From Anaeramoeba ignava BMAN (lineage: Eukaryota > Protista > Anaeramoebae), in the NCBI GenBank assembly GCA_028826165.1, contig JAPDFW010000085.1, forward strand, positions 62,001 through 126,000: a stretch of 64,000 nucleotides of DNA. Reading direction: 5' to 3'. The notes under the pieces were generated by a model that was given only the letters and a program-made list of their open reading frames with translations, did not search any database and was not told the DNA's origin. Of this stretch, positions 1 to 13,606 are shown piece after piece; the first letter of the stretch is position 1; the number at the start of each line of letters is the position of its first letter. The translations under genes and the position numbers were made by a program.

Positions 1-106
1 ATATAAATATAAATATAAATATAAATATAAATATAATTATTAATATAAATATTGGATCAAATTTTGATTGATTTTTTGATTAAATTTTTCATTTGAATTT
101 AATTAC

Positions 107-429
107 CATCCTCTTTGATCTTTAATTTGAAGTTTAGCCTTTTCAGAAATAAGTAAATTAACAAAAGAAATTTTATTAAACCAACAAGAATATTGAAGAG
201 GAGTTAAACCCGAAGTTGTTTCAGGTAAATTAATATCAATACCAGAACTAATCAATATTTTGGCAACTTCTATATAATTTTTGGCAATTGAAATATGTAA
301 GGCTGTTTCTCCTGATCGACTTAATTGATTGATTTCTTTTGGATTCTTAAATTTATTTATCATTTTTTTAACTTCGTCTTCTTTTCCTTTTTCACATGAA
401 ATTAAAAATGAACTTGTTTTCTCATTCAT
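107..429 (-). CDS. Ankyrin-repeat protein, first exon; gene continues leftwards beyond the window
   Basis: Ankyrin motifs GETALHISIAKNYIEVAKILISSGIDIN and GLTPLQYSCWFNKISFVNLLI. A GTAATT donor at 106 explains the early ORF stop. Confidence 0.85.
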
Positions 430-768
430 TGCTTTTTTAAAACAATTTCGAAAAGTGAAAAAAAATTGAAAAGAAAAAAAAAATGAAAAAAAATTTTTTT
501 TAATTTAAAAAATTTTAATTTTTTTTTGCTTTTTTTTAAAAATTTTTCTTAAATTTTTTAATAATAATTTTTAAATACATTTAATAATTTTAAATAAGAG
601 AAATAATTCCAAATATTTAAAATTAAAAAGAAATTTGATTTTTCCAAAAATTTTTTTTTTCTTTCTTTTTTTTTTTTAAAAGAAAATAAGATTTAAAGTG
701 AAAACTTTTTCTTTTTCTTTTTCTTTTTCTTTTTCTTATTACAAAAAAAATTTTATTTAATTAATTAA

Positions 769-3420
769 TTAATTCTTTTGATTTGAAATATTTGAAGGTA
801 AATAACCAGAAAAAGATAATTCAGTTTTTTTCTTTTCTAATTTTCCAGATAAAGTTGTAATATCACTTTGATTTGATTTAATTTGTCGACTTTTTTGGTG
901 TGTTTGTTGTGAAAAAAAATCCGATTGTTCATTTCTTTGTTCCTGAATAGTTTCAATATATTTTTCAAGAAGAAAAATATAAGTTTCAAGATTGATTTTT
1001 TTTGATTCCAAATATTCTCTTAAATTTTCAGTTAATTCTTCTTGTTCTTCTTTGAATTTTTCAATTTCTTCTTCAGGAATTAATTTTTCTGTAATAGATT
1101 CTATTTTGCTTTGAATATCTTTCATTAATTCATTTATAATTTTTTGGATTTCTGGATCTTCGTTTTCTTTTGAAAGTTTTTTAATTTCTGAAATTGTTAT
1201 TTGATATTCATTTATGATGTTTTTGTAATATTCTTGATATATTTCATGTTCATCAAAAAGTGATTTATTCATTCTATGGAATTCATGATAAGATAAAAAT
1301 TCAATTTCTTTTTCTTCTGGATTATTTTTAGGTTTTGTTTGTTGTTCAAATTCTGTATATTTTTGTGTGTGTCATGTAAATATTCAAAAAAATAAAAAAA
1401 TAAATATAAATAAATAAATAATACCTTGAATTTGTTGAGTTAAAAATATTAAATTATCCGATAAATTGAAAATTGTATCTTGTTGTTCATTAAATTGATC
1501 TCTAAGTTGATCATTTTCTTCCTGAAGGATATTTTGTTCATAATTTTCTTCATGATAAAATTTATTGAGTAAATGATGAAAAGAAGAAAATGGACTTTCA
1601 AAAAGAATTGAAAGATTTCTTTCGCTTTCTTTTTATTTTGTTATTTTTTTTTTCGAATTAAATTCTAAATAATTAACATTTAGTTTTTATATTAATAAAA
1701 ATATTCTTACCTTGTTTTTTAAGAGGAAATTGAGGTTGTTTTTGTTGGATTGTATTTTTCGAAACTGTATTTCTTCTTAATTTTGGGATATTTTCTGAAT
1801 TTTTAATTATATTTAAATTTAATTGATTTAGATTTTGATTTTCGATTTTCATTTTCATTTTGATTTTCATTTTGATTTTCATTTTCATTTTCAGTTTCTG
1901 AAAGTAATAAACTTGAATCATCTACTTTTGATTCTTCTTGAATATGATTTTCAGAAAATTTATCATCTTCATCAGAATCATTTGGAAATAAATTTCCACG
2001 AATATTTTGGATATTTTCTTGGTTTATTTTATTATTTCTTTTTAAATTAAGTTTAAATTTTCGATTTTCTTTTTCATTATCATCATCACCATCTTGATTT
2101 TCCAAATTAACTGCATAATTCATAAATAAAGTAGAAGGTGATTGAAATGAAATGTGTCTAAAATTTTTGGCTCTTTTAATTGTAGGATCATATCTTTTTA
2201 TTGTTTGTTGAAATCCTTGAATTATTGGTAATAATGTTTCAATCCATCGAGTTTTTTCTTTATGATTTGGAGTTATTATTAGGTAATTTTGATTTTTTGT
2301 AATAATTTCAAAACCTAAATTATGATTAGGTAATTTTTTGATTTTGATTCCTTCTTGAATTAATTTGAAAGAAGCTACTTGCTCATTTTCTTCTTGATAA
2401 ATAAAGAGGTCTGGTCCAATTAATTTAAGCCATCCTTGCCAAAAGTTTTCATTCTTTTTCCATTTATTTTTGAATTAAATTTGAATTATTTTGAATTAAA
2501 TTTGAATTAAATTTGAATTATTTTGAATTAAATTTGAATTTATTTTGAATTAATTTGAATTAAATTTGAATTAAATTTGAATTATATTTAAATTTATTTT
2601 GAATTAAATTTATTTTGAATTAAATTTATTAATTTGAATTAAATTTGAATTAAATTTATTTTGAATTAAATTTGAATTAAATTTGAATTAAATTAATTTA
2701 TTTTGAATTGAATTTATTTTGAATTAAATTTGAATTAAATTTAATTTGAATTAAATTTATTTTGAATTAAATTTATTTTGAATTAAATTAAATTTGAATT
2801 AAATTTGAGTTAAATTATTTTGATTTAAATTTGAATTATTTTGATTTAAATTTATTTTGAATTAATTTATTTTGAATTAAATTTGATTTTAAATTAAATT
2901 AAATTTAAATTAAATTTGAATTAATTTATTTTGAATTAAATTATCTACTTCGTTTTTATCTTGAATCAAAGCAACTCCAGTTGGTGTATTTCTAGATTCA
3001 TTTGGAGAATTCCTCAAAAAAGAAGCATTTTTAAGATTAGATTGAACTATCAATTCTTGAATATGTTGAATTACAAAAATCCATTCATTAAGTAAATTTT
3101 CAGAATCAAAAGCAATACTAAATAAATTATGTTGAAAATTTGTGGTAGTTTGACAACAATATTCAGATATTTCATCAGAAAAACTTTTTAAAGTTTGTAA
3201 AAGCATCAATTTTCTTTGTTCTTTTTTTATTTTCTTTTGTTTTATAATTGATAAAAATATCATCAACTCTAAATAATATTTTTATTTTTTTATTTATAAA
3301 TTTTTAAAATTAAAATGATCTTTTTCTCTCAATTTTAATTTTGAAATGAATAATTTATTTACATAATATCTGCTTTAAACCAATTATTCTCTTTTTCTTT
3401 AATCCAAATTTTTGCTGTTT
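769..3420 (-). CDS. Multi-exon protein with two PH-like domains and a C-terminal coiled coil; start uncertain
   Basis: PH-like segments FSIAFDSENLLNEWIFVIQHI (2949-3267) and FWQGWLKLIGPDLFIYQEE...FEIITKNQNYLIITPNHKEKTRWIETL (from 2453, read by hand). Satellite intron about 2454-2948. One apparent frameshift near 1842. Confidence 0.6.
2461..2940. repeat. Intronic satellite, about 11-bp unit TTTGAATTAAA
   Basis: Directly visible tandem repeat inside the intron 2454-2948. Confidence 0.9.
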
Positions 3421-3811
3421 TTCGTATTTGTTTTTTTTTTTATAAAAATAAAAATAAAAATAAAAATAAAAATAAATTTTGTTTTGTTTTGCTTTGTTGT
3501 ATTTTGTTTTGTTTGGTTGTTTTAAAATTTATCATTAATTTAATTTAAATTCACAAACCAAATTTTCTTCTATTTTTTTTTTTGTAATTAAAAAAAATAA
3601 AATGTTAAATTAAAAAAAAATTAAAAAAAATTTAAATTAAAAATACCTCTTAGACATTTAAAATTAAACTTTAAAATTAAAATTAAAATTATAATTAAAC
3701 TTAAATTAAAAAAAAAGATTTAAAAAAAAAAGGAAAAAAATGAAAAAAAAATTCATTTGAAAAAAAAAAATATTTAAAAAAAAAAATATTTATCCTCATT
3801 TAAATAGTTAA

Positions 3812-4729
3812 TTACCAACCAATTCTTTCCATAATAATTTGTGAATTTTTCTTTGTGTCTTCAGAAATATTTTCATTAAAAGCAATTCCAGTCAATAAAT
3901 CAGGAAGACAAAGTTGTTGAAAAATTGTCAAATTTTGTTTATTATTAACAGTAATAGAATCAATAAAAGATAAAACAGAATCAAGAAAATTAATATCAAT
4001 ATGAGATTCAAGATCCTCAACTTTTCCAATTTGGATTAATTCCTGTTCTTTTTTGTATAAATCATCAACAAATTGTCTGAGAATTTGCGTTATATTGTTT
4101 AAAAAACCAGGAAGATTTCCCATAATTTCTTGAAAAATTGTTCCGTTATTTTCATCATTTGCTAATTGAGTCAAAAAGAAAAAAGCACGATTTTTATTGT
4201 TTTGATTTCCGTTTTCAATCAATCGTGAAAAAGTGTCAAATCCATTTAATTCCATAAATAAATTTTGCCAATCAATATTATGTTGAACAAGTGCAGAAAC
4301 TGTTCCAAGTGATTTATTTTTGATTTTTTCTGTTTCTTTTGGATCTGATAAAAATGATAAAATTTTTCGAAATGCTTCTTCTTTATTTAAAAAAAATTTC
4401 TTGAATTTTGGATTATTTTTGGCACATGTTCCAATTATCCAAATTGAATTTGCTCGATTTTGTTCCACATTTGAATATAAAAATTTAATAACGGAATCAA
4501 TTCCATTAATTTTAACTAAAACTATAATGTCATTTGTTAATTTAATTTGTTAATTTAATTTGTTAATTTCATTTGTTTTGTTTTTTTTTTTACGATTTGC
4601 ATTTTCAATTTTTTCTACTATTTGTTGAAGAGTGCTTAAATATTGTGTTGTTTTTTCTGTTTCTTCATCTTTTGATAAATTTTCAATACAATTTTTTAAT
4701 TCTTTTTGTTCATCAAATGGAAAAGACAT
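3812..4729 (-). CDS. FES1: Hsp70 nucleotide exchange factor, HspBP1/Fes1 family (armadillo fold), 2 exons
   Basis: Spliced reading LQQIVEKIENAN-L-LVKINGI...RANSIWIIGTCAKNNP...KSLGTVSALVQHN matches the family motifs. ATG at 4729, short intron about 4523-4593. Confidence 0.8.
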
Positions 4730-5018
4730 TTGTTATTTTTTTTTTTAAAATGAAAAATGAAAAAAATGAAAACAGAAAAAAAATTTTTTTTTTGAAAGGA
4801 GAAAAAAAAAATTAGAATTCAAAATCTAACAAGGAGAAAAATAATCAAAGTCAAAATTTAACAAGAAGAAAAAAAATAAATGTCAAATTTATTTTGTTTT
4901 TTTTTTTAGATCAAAAAAAAAAGAATAAAAAATTTTTCAAACAAAAAGATCTGATCATTTTTTTCTTTTTGTTTTTTTTTGTTTTAATTTTTGTTCTCTT
5001 TTTTTTAAAATAATAAAA

Positions 5019-6403
5019 ATGTTTAAATTAGAAAAAGAACCAGAATTGAATCAAATTTTTGAAAATGAAAAAAAGCCAATTAATGAAATAAAATTTTCAC
5101 CAAATTCAGAAATGATTGGATCAACAAGTGAAGAAGGAGTTTATATTTCTTTTATAAAAGAGAAAAAAAAGATCAATATTTTTTCCACAAAGTTTAACAT
5201 ATTCAATATCATTTTCACCAAATTCAAAGCAAATAATATCAAGTAGTAAAGATGGTTTAATATATTTTTGTGTACCAAGAGTGTAAAAATAATTAAAATT
5301 AAAATTAAAATTAAAATCAAAATTAAAATTAAAATTAAAATCAAAAATTAAAATTAAAATTAAAATTAATTTAAAGTCAAGGAAATCTTTCTCAAATAAA
5401 AGCTCATTTCTCTGCTTGTAGATCTGTTGATTTTTCTCAAACTGGTGATTCTTTTCTTTCATCTGGAAATGATAAAATGATTAAAATTTGGGATTCTCAA
5501 TCTCATAGATTTATTCAATCTTTTTCTGGTCATAAAAATTCAATTCCAACTTGTAAATTTTGTAAAGGAGATTTTCCAAATTTAATTGTAAGTGGATCTA
5601 CAGATAAAACAATTGCTCTTTGGGATTTAAGAACAAATAAAATTATCAACTCTTTTGAAAACAATAAATTTGCAATTAATTGTGTTGATTCATTCCAAAG
5701 ATTTATTGCAAGTTGTTCTGGCCAAACTATTAATATTTATGATATAAGAATGGGGAAAATAATTCAACGTTATTATCCTTCTCATAATTCACAAGTTCTT
5801 TCAGTTAATTTCCATCCTTCAGGTGAATATCTTATTTCTTCTTCACTTGATATGACTTCAAAAATTTGGGATATTGTTGAAGGTCAAGTTAAATTTACAA
5901 TTTCAGGTCATAAATCTCAAATAAATTCTTCTACTTTTTCTTTAAATGGAAAATATTTTGCTACTGCTGGTCAAGACTCAAAAATTTTATTATGGGATAC
6001 TTTAATTGATGATTCTATTATTGAAAATTTTAACCAAAAACAATTTCAAGAAAAAACTAATTTGAAAAAAAATTTTTCATTTGAGAAAAAACATTCAAAA
6101 AAATTATCCAAAAATTTATCAAAAAATAATTTAGAAAATTTTAATCAAAATCAAAATCATTTAATAACTTATTCTCAACAAAATATTCTAAATCAAGAAA
6201 ATGAAAATGAAAATGAAAATGAAAATGAAAATAATTCAATTTTATTAAAAAAAATTTATGAAAAATTAGATGGAGTTATGTCTCAACTTTCAATAATAAC
6301 TCATTCTTCAATTTTATTTGAAAAGAGATTATCTTTACTTGAAGAAAGAGTTGATAAATTAACTGAAGGATCAAATTTAAAAATGAATTTCTTATCAAAA
6401 TGA
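5019..6403 (+). CDS. POC1: POC1 (WDR51) centriolar WD40 protein
   Basis: WD40 repeats plus the C-terminal POC1-type coiled coil KLDGVMSQLSIITHSSILFEKRLSLLEERV. Intron about 5283-5376. Homopolymer frameshift near 5165. Confidence 0.8.
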
Positions 6404-6688
6404 TTAAAAAAAGAAAAGAAAACAAAACTGATTATTTTTTTTTTTGATTACAAAAAAACAACAAAGAAAACAAAAAAGAAAACAAAACAAAACAAAAAGA
6501 AAAACAAAAAGAAAACAAAAGAAAACAAAAAGAAAAGGGGATAAAAATAAGAAATATTAAAAAAAAAAATTATTTTTTTATTTTTTATTGATCATTTTTT
6601 TTCTTTCATTTTTTTATTTTTTAAATTCTCTTTTTATTATAATTATAAATTATTTTTTTTTAGATAAACTAAAAATACAAAAAAAAAA

Positions 6689-9600
6689 ATGGGTTGTATT
6701 CAAAAATTTCTTTCTTTTCAATTAGCAATAGAACATTATCTTAGCTTATTTTTCTTTTCTTTAGCAAAATTAATTTCTAAAAATCCTAAAAAAGTTATTT
6801 TTTTTTCTATTATAATTACATTAGCTTTAAGTCCAGGTAATATGATTGATAATTCAGAATCAGCAAATGATAAAATTTGGGTTCCAGAAGGTTCAGAAGC
6901 TGTTAAAAATAAAGAATTTTATATTGAAAAATTTGGAAAAGTATTTGAATCCAAAATTAATATTTAATCCAAAAATAATCTAAAATTAATCTAATAATAA
7001 TATTTAATCCAAAAATAATATTTAATTCAAAAATAATATTTAATTTATAAATAATCTAAAAATTAATTTAATAATAATATTTAATTTAAAAATAATATTT
7101 AATTCAAAAATAATATTTAATTTAAAAATAATCCAAAAATAATCTAATAATAATATTTAATTTAAAAATAATATTTAATTTAAAAATAATATTTAATTCA
7201 AAAATAATATTTAATTCATAAATAATATTTAATTTAAAAATAATATTTAATCTAAAAATAATATTTAATTCAAAAATAATATTTAATTCATAAATAATAT
7301 TTAATCCAAAAATAATCTAAAAATAATCCAAAAATAATATTTAATTTAAAAATAATATTTAATTTAAAAATAATATTTAATTTAAAAATAATATTTAATC
7401 CAAAAATAATATTTAATTTAAAAATAATCTAATAAATAATATTTAATTCAAAAATAATATTTAATCTATAAAATAATATTTAATTCTAAAATAATATTTA
7501 ATCTAAAAATAATATTTAATTTATAAATAATATTTAATTTAAAAATAATATTTAATTTAAAAATAATATTTAATTTAAAAATAATATTTAATTTAAAAAT
7601 AATATTTAATTTAAAAATAATATTTAATCCAAAAATAATATTTAATTCAAAAATAATATTTAAATAATTCAAAATATATTTAATTTATAAATAATATTTA
7701 ATTCATAAATAATATTTAATTCAAAAATAATATTTAATCTATAAATAATATTTAATCTAAAAATAATATTTAATTTATAAATAATATTTAATCTATAAAT
7801 AATATTTAATCCAAAAATAATATTTAATTTAAAAATAATATTTAATTTAAAAATAATATTTAATTCAAAAATAATATTTAATTCAAAAATAATATTTAAT
7901 TTAAAATAATATTTAATTTAAAAATAATATTTAATTTAATAAATAATAATTTAATCTATAAAAATAATATTTAATTTAAAAATAATATTTAATCTATAAA
8001 TAATATTTAATCCAAAAATAATATTTAATTTATAAATAATATTTAATCCAAAAATAATATTTAATCTATAAATAATATTTAATTTAAAAATAATATTTAA
8101 TTAATAAATAATATTTAATTTATAAATAATATTTAATCCAAAATTAATATTTAATTAATAAATAATATTTAATCCAAAAATAATATTTAATTTATAAATA
8201 ATATTTAATTTAAAAATAATATTTAATTTAAAAATAATATTTAATTCAAAAATAATATTTAATCTAAAAATAATATTTAATTTAAAAATAATATTTAATC
8301 TAAAAATAAAGCAACCAAGACCAGAATCTGTATTAATTACAGCAAATCCAGAAGGAAATGATGTTTTAACAAAAAATGTCATTTCTCAAGTTTTTGATCT
8401 TTATGAAAAAGTTCAACAAATATCTGTAAACTCAAAAGGAACTCAATACTTTTTTGATGATTTATGTATAAAAAATTATCCAGGTGCTCCTTGTTTTATC
8501 ATTGGAATTCTTGATTACTGGCAATTTAATCGGACAGAATTTGAAAAATGTGTTACAGATCAAGATGTAAAAGATATATTAAATCCAATCAATCTAACAA
8601 TCGGTTTATTTGGACCTTTGAATTTATCAACACTTGTCGGTGATTTAGATCCAATTGCTGTTACAGGAAAAGCTTTAGAAATAACATTTTATATGGAAAA
8701 TTCTGATGATCTTGTTGATATTGTTGAAGATTGGGAACAAGAATATTTAGATACAATAACAAAAAATTTATTTCCAAATATTGATTTATATGTTGAAGCA
8801 TCTGTATTTATTGACTCATTTCAAAACAAAACAAAAACAAAAACAAAAACAAAACAAAACATTAATAGATTTTTTTTTTCATTTCTTTCAAAAAAAATAA
8901 CACAAAAAAGCGTTCAGGATCAGATGAAGTTTCAAGGGTTACGAAAGAAGATTTAAAACTTGTTTTTATTAGTATTGGATTAATTTCAGCATTTGTATTA
9001 GCTTTACTTGGAAAATTTAAGAGAAGACAAACTCAATTTACATTAGCTTCATTTGGAATTTTGTCAATATTAATGGGAATTGGAGCTGGTCTTGGTTTAG
9101 GTGGTTATTTCAAAATACCAAGTCCACCAACAGTTAGTATTACTCCATTTCTTGTTCTTGGTCTTGGAGCAGATGGAATATTTATTATTTGTAAACTTTC
9201 CTTTTTTTTTAACACAAAACCAAATCCAAAATAACATTTTATTCTTCTTTTCATTTTCATTTCCATTTTATAAGTTAATTCTTTTCAAGAAATTCCTGAA
9301 AAATATCCAATTCAAACAAGATTACAAAAATCTCTTGCTCATTCAGGAGTTTCAATTACAATTTCAACATTAACAAATATTCTTGCTTTTTTTATTGGAG
9401 CTTCAAGTAAATTAATGGGAATTTCATCATTTTGTCTTTATACTGGAATATCAATAATTTTTGTTTACATTTTCCAAATGACTTTTTTTGTTGCATGTGT
9501 TGAACTTGATGCAAGAAGGAAATTAAAAGGAAGAAGAGATTGTTTTTATTGCAAGTATTCAAATAAAAATAAAAATAAAAATAAAAATAAAAATGAAAAT

Positions 9601-11223
9601 GAAAATGAAAATGAAAATGAAAATGAAAATGAAAATCAAAATCAAAATCAAAATCAAAATCAAAATCAAAATCAAAATCAAAATCAAAATCAAAATCAAA
9701 ATCAAAATCAAAATCAAAATCAAAATGAAATTGATTTAAATGAGAATGATTTAAATCAAAATGAAAATCAAAATGAAAATCAAAATGAAATTGATTTAAA
9801 TGAGAATGATTTAAATCAAAATGAAAAAAATTCAGAAATGGATTTAGAAAAGAAAAAGAATAAGAAAAAGAAAAAGAAAATTATCCATAAAGATAAATTG
9901 GTTCTATCAAAATTTTCAAGATTTATGCAATATAAATATGGGAAATTTATAACACAAAAATATGTGAAAATAATTATTTTACTCATTTTTTTTGGAGCAT
10001 TTATTGCATCAATTATTCTTTCTCGAAAACTAACACAAGATTTCAAATTTTCAGATTTATTTCCAGGTGATTCATATCTTATTCCCAAATACGATCGAGA
10101 AGATAAATATTTTTCAGAAGTTGGTATGCCAGTTAATATTATAATCAAATCAACTGATTATTCAAAACCAGAAAATCAAAACAAAACAATGGATTTACTT
10201 GAATTAGTCAGAACATCACACTTAATGAATTCACAAATTTCTCCAACTTCGTGGATGGACAGTTTTATTGATTATCTCCAAGATAAAGATCCAGTTATAT
10301 GGCAACTTGATTCTAATAAAAGACCAAATTCAACAGATGCGTTTTATGAAGATCTTTCTTGGTTTCTTGGGAATAATTCAAGATTCAAAGGAGATATAGT
10401 TTTTGCGAATGAACAACAAACTTGGATCGATGTTTCCAAAATGAAAGCAACATATGTCCCATTGAAAAATGCAGATCAAGAAGTTGATGCATTAAAATCA
10501 ACAACAGGAGTTGTGAATGACTTTAATTTCGGAGATTCATTTCCATTTGCATTTGCATATCCATTTTTTGAGCAATTTGCAGTTATCAAGAAAGAAGTTG
10601 TTCAAAATCTAATTTTGGCTGGAGCTGCTGTTTTTGTGATTTGTTTTTTTCTTTTGATACATCCAATCAATGGGATTCTAGTTTTGATCTGCTTGGCGAT
10701 GATTGATGTTGATATTCTTGGTTCAATGATTTTATGGGGAATCGATATTGATGCTGTTAGTGTTACTAATTTGGTCATGGCTGTTGGTTTGTGTATTGAT
10801 TACAGTGCTCATCTTGCTTATGCGATTATGATTTCAAAAGGTTCTAAAAATGAAAGAGTTCAATCTGGTCTCGGCATTATTGGTTCTTCTGTTATTCTTG
10901 CTGGTTTGAGTACTTTTCTTGGTATTTTAGTTCTTGCTTTTGCTAGTTCGGAAATTTTTAAAACTTTCTTTAAAATGCTTTTTACTACTATTTTAATTGG
11001 TATTTTTCATGGAATGATGTTACTTCCTGTTTTATTATCCTTTTTTGTTCCTAAATTTAGAAAGCATGATATAAAAAAAGATTCTTTAGAAAAAGAAAAA
11101 GAAATGGAAAATTTAGATGAAAATGAAAATGAAAATCAAAATCAAAATCAAAATCAAAATCAATTAGAAAATCAAAATCAAAATCAAAATCAAAATCAAA
11201 ATCAATTAGAAAATCAAAAATAG
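6689..11223 (+). CDS. Patched/NPC1-family sterol-sensing-domain (RND) membrane protein, 4 exons; may extend to 11403
   Basis: Exons 6689-6940, 8312-8803, 8911-9190 and 9275 onwards join in frame. SSD motifs PFLVLGLGADG, GVSITISTLTN and second-repeat VMAVGLCIDYSAH, FKTFFKM, HGMMLLPVLLS. Confidence 0.9.
6941..8311. repeat. 1.37-kb intron made of an 18-bp minisatellite (TAATATTTAATYYAAAAA)
   Basis: GT at 6941, AG at 8310-8311, with a continuous 18-bp periodic array between them. Confidence 0.92.
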
Positions 11224-11580
11224 AAAATGAAAATCAAAATGAAAATCAAAATCAAAATCAATTAGAAAATCAAAATGAAAATGAAAATGAAAATCAAAAT
11301 AAAAATCAAAATGAAAATCCAAATCAAAATAAAAATCAAAATGAAAATCAAAATCAAAATGAAAATGAAAATCAAATTGAAAATGAAAATGATGAATTCA
11401 TAACATACGAAATTGAAATTGAAAATCAAATTGAAAATGAAAATCAAAATCAAAATCAAATTGAAAATCAAATTGAAAATCAAAATCAAAATGAAAATGA
11501 AAATGGAAATTTAGATTGAATTTATCATTTCAAATTTAAAAAAAAATATTCAAAAAAAAAAAAACAGGAAAAAGAATATT

Positions 11581-13075
11581 TCAAATATTTTCTCGAATTT
11601 TTGTTTTACAAATAGGACAAGTATCATGATTATTTAACCAAGGATCAATACAACTAAATATTTCAAAAAAAAATCAAAAATTATTTTTTTAGAATTAATT
11701 ATAATTTGAATAGAAATATTTTTAGATAAAGATAAAAATGTTTAATTACCTTTTATGAAAGAAATGAAGACAAGGAAGTATTCTTAATTTTTCTGATTCT
11801 TGAAAACTTTCTAAACAAATTGGACAATTTCTATTAAAATTAAAATAAAAATTAAAATTAAAATTAAAATAAAAATAAAAATAAAAATTAAAATTAAAAT
11901 TACTTTTGTTGAGAAATCTTTGATTGATGATATTTAAATGTTGGAAGTTGAGCAAAAATTTCATTTGTATTTAAGTTTCTGTTTTGAGAATTACCAAATC
12001 TAATATTTGAATTTTGTTGAAAATTTTGATAATTTAATGGATTTGGATAATTAGGTTCATTTGATTGATTTTGGAAATTTTGAGAATTTTGAAATTGATT
12101 TTGGAAATTTGATTGATTTTGAAATTGATTTTGAAAATTTTGTGGAAATGAATCAAATGGTAAAGGAATTGGTGTTGAATTTGTTGGAATTGTTGATCTG
12201 TTGAAAAATTGTGTTTGTTGTTGAAAAAATGGATTATTAAATGGATTATTCCTAAAGTTATTTCTTTCTTGAATTGGAATGTGTGCTGCATCTAATGGAT
12301 TGAAAACAATAAATCTTGATGGAAACATCATTTCGGGATGAAAATTAGGGAAAATATAATTTGGCATTTGTTGAATTGGTCTTGGTGAAAATCGTTGTGG
12401 TTGTAATAAAGAATTAGAAAAAGGTGATTGATTTCTTTGAAAAGGATTAAAAGATCCAATTTGATTTGGAATTTGATTTTGAATTTGATTTTGAATTGGA
12501 TTTTGAATTTGATTTTTGATTTTGATTTTGATTTTGATTTGAAATTAAATTTTGATTTTGATTTTGATTTGAATTTAGATTTGGGATTTGATTTAAATTT
12601 TGATTTTGAATTTGATTTTGAATTAGATTTAAATTTTGATTTTGATTTTGATTTTGATTTTGATTTTGATTTTGATTTTGATTTTGATTTTGATTTTGAT
12701 TTTTTGATTTTGATTTTGATTTTGATTTTGATTTTGTTTTTGATTTTGATTTTGATTTTGATTTTGATTTTGGTTTTGATTTTGGTTTTGATTTCTAACA
12801 AAATTATTTTGAAATTGATCATAATTTGTTTCATTTTGATTTAATTGAGAAATTATTCGAGGATTAGAATCATAAATTAAATTTCCATTTAAATAAACTG
12901 ATCCATTGACTACTTGAACTTGTGAATTATTAGGATCAAATCCTTGCAAATTAGAAAGATCTACAACTAAGTTTCCATTGTGATATACTTTATCTCCTGA
13001 TATTAAAATGCTATTTTGTGTTACTCCATTAGAATTTGTACTGTTGAATGATTGAAAAGAAAAAGAAAAACTCAT
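11581..13075 (-). CDS. RING-H2 E3 ubiquitin ligase, tandem copy 1 (3 exons)
   Basis: Spliced C-terminus CPICLESFQESEKLRILPCLHFFHKSCIDPWLNNHDTCPICKTKIRENI*. N/Q-rich linker. One frameshift near 12703. Confidence 0.88.
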
Positions 13076-13606
13076 TTTTATTTATTTTAATAAATATATT
13101 TGTATTTTTAAAAGAAAAAAAAAAGAGAAAATGGGAAAAAAAAATGAAAAATAAAAAAATGAAAAAAAAATTTAAAATCGGAAAAAAATAAAATTTCATT
13201 TTTTTTAATTTATTATTTATAATTTATAATTTATTCTGAAATAAAAGTATTTTTAATTTCCCTTTTATTATTTAAATTAAATTTAATTTAATTTAATTTT
13301 TATTTTTAAAATTTAAATTTAATTTAATTCAAATTTTTTATTTTTAAAATCAAAGTTAGAAAAAGAATCAAAATCAAAATGAAAATGAAATTAAACTGAA
13401 AATCAAATTATTGAAAATCAAAATGAAAATCAAATTAAAATCAAAATGAAAATGAAAATGAAAATGAAAATCAAATTGAAAATCAAAATCAAAACCAAAA
13501 TCAAAATCAAAATGAAAATGAAAATGAAAATGGAAATTTAGATTGAATTTATCATTTCAAATTTAAAAAAAAATATTCAAAAAAAAAAAAACAGAAAAAG
13601 AATATT

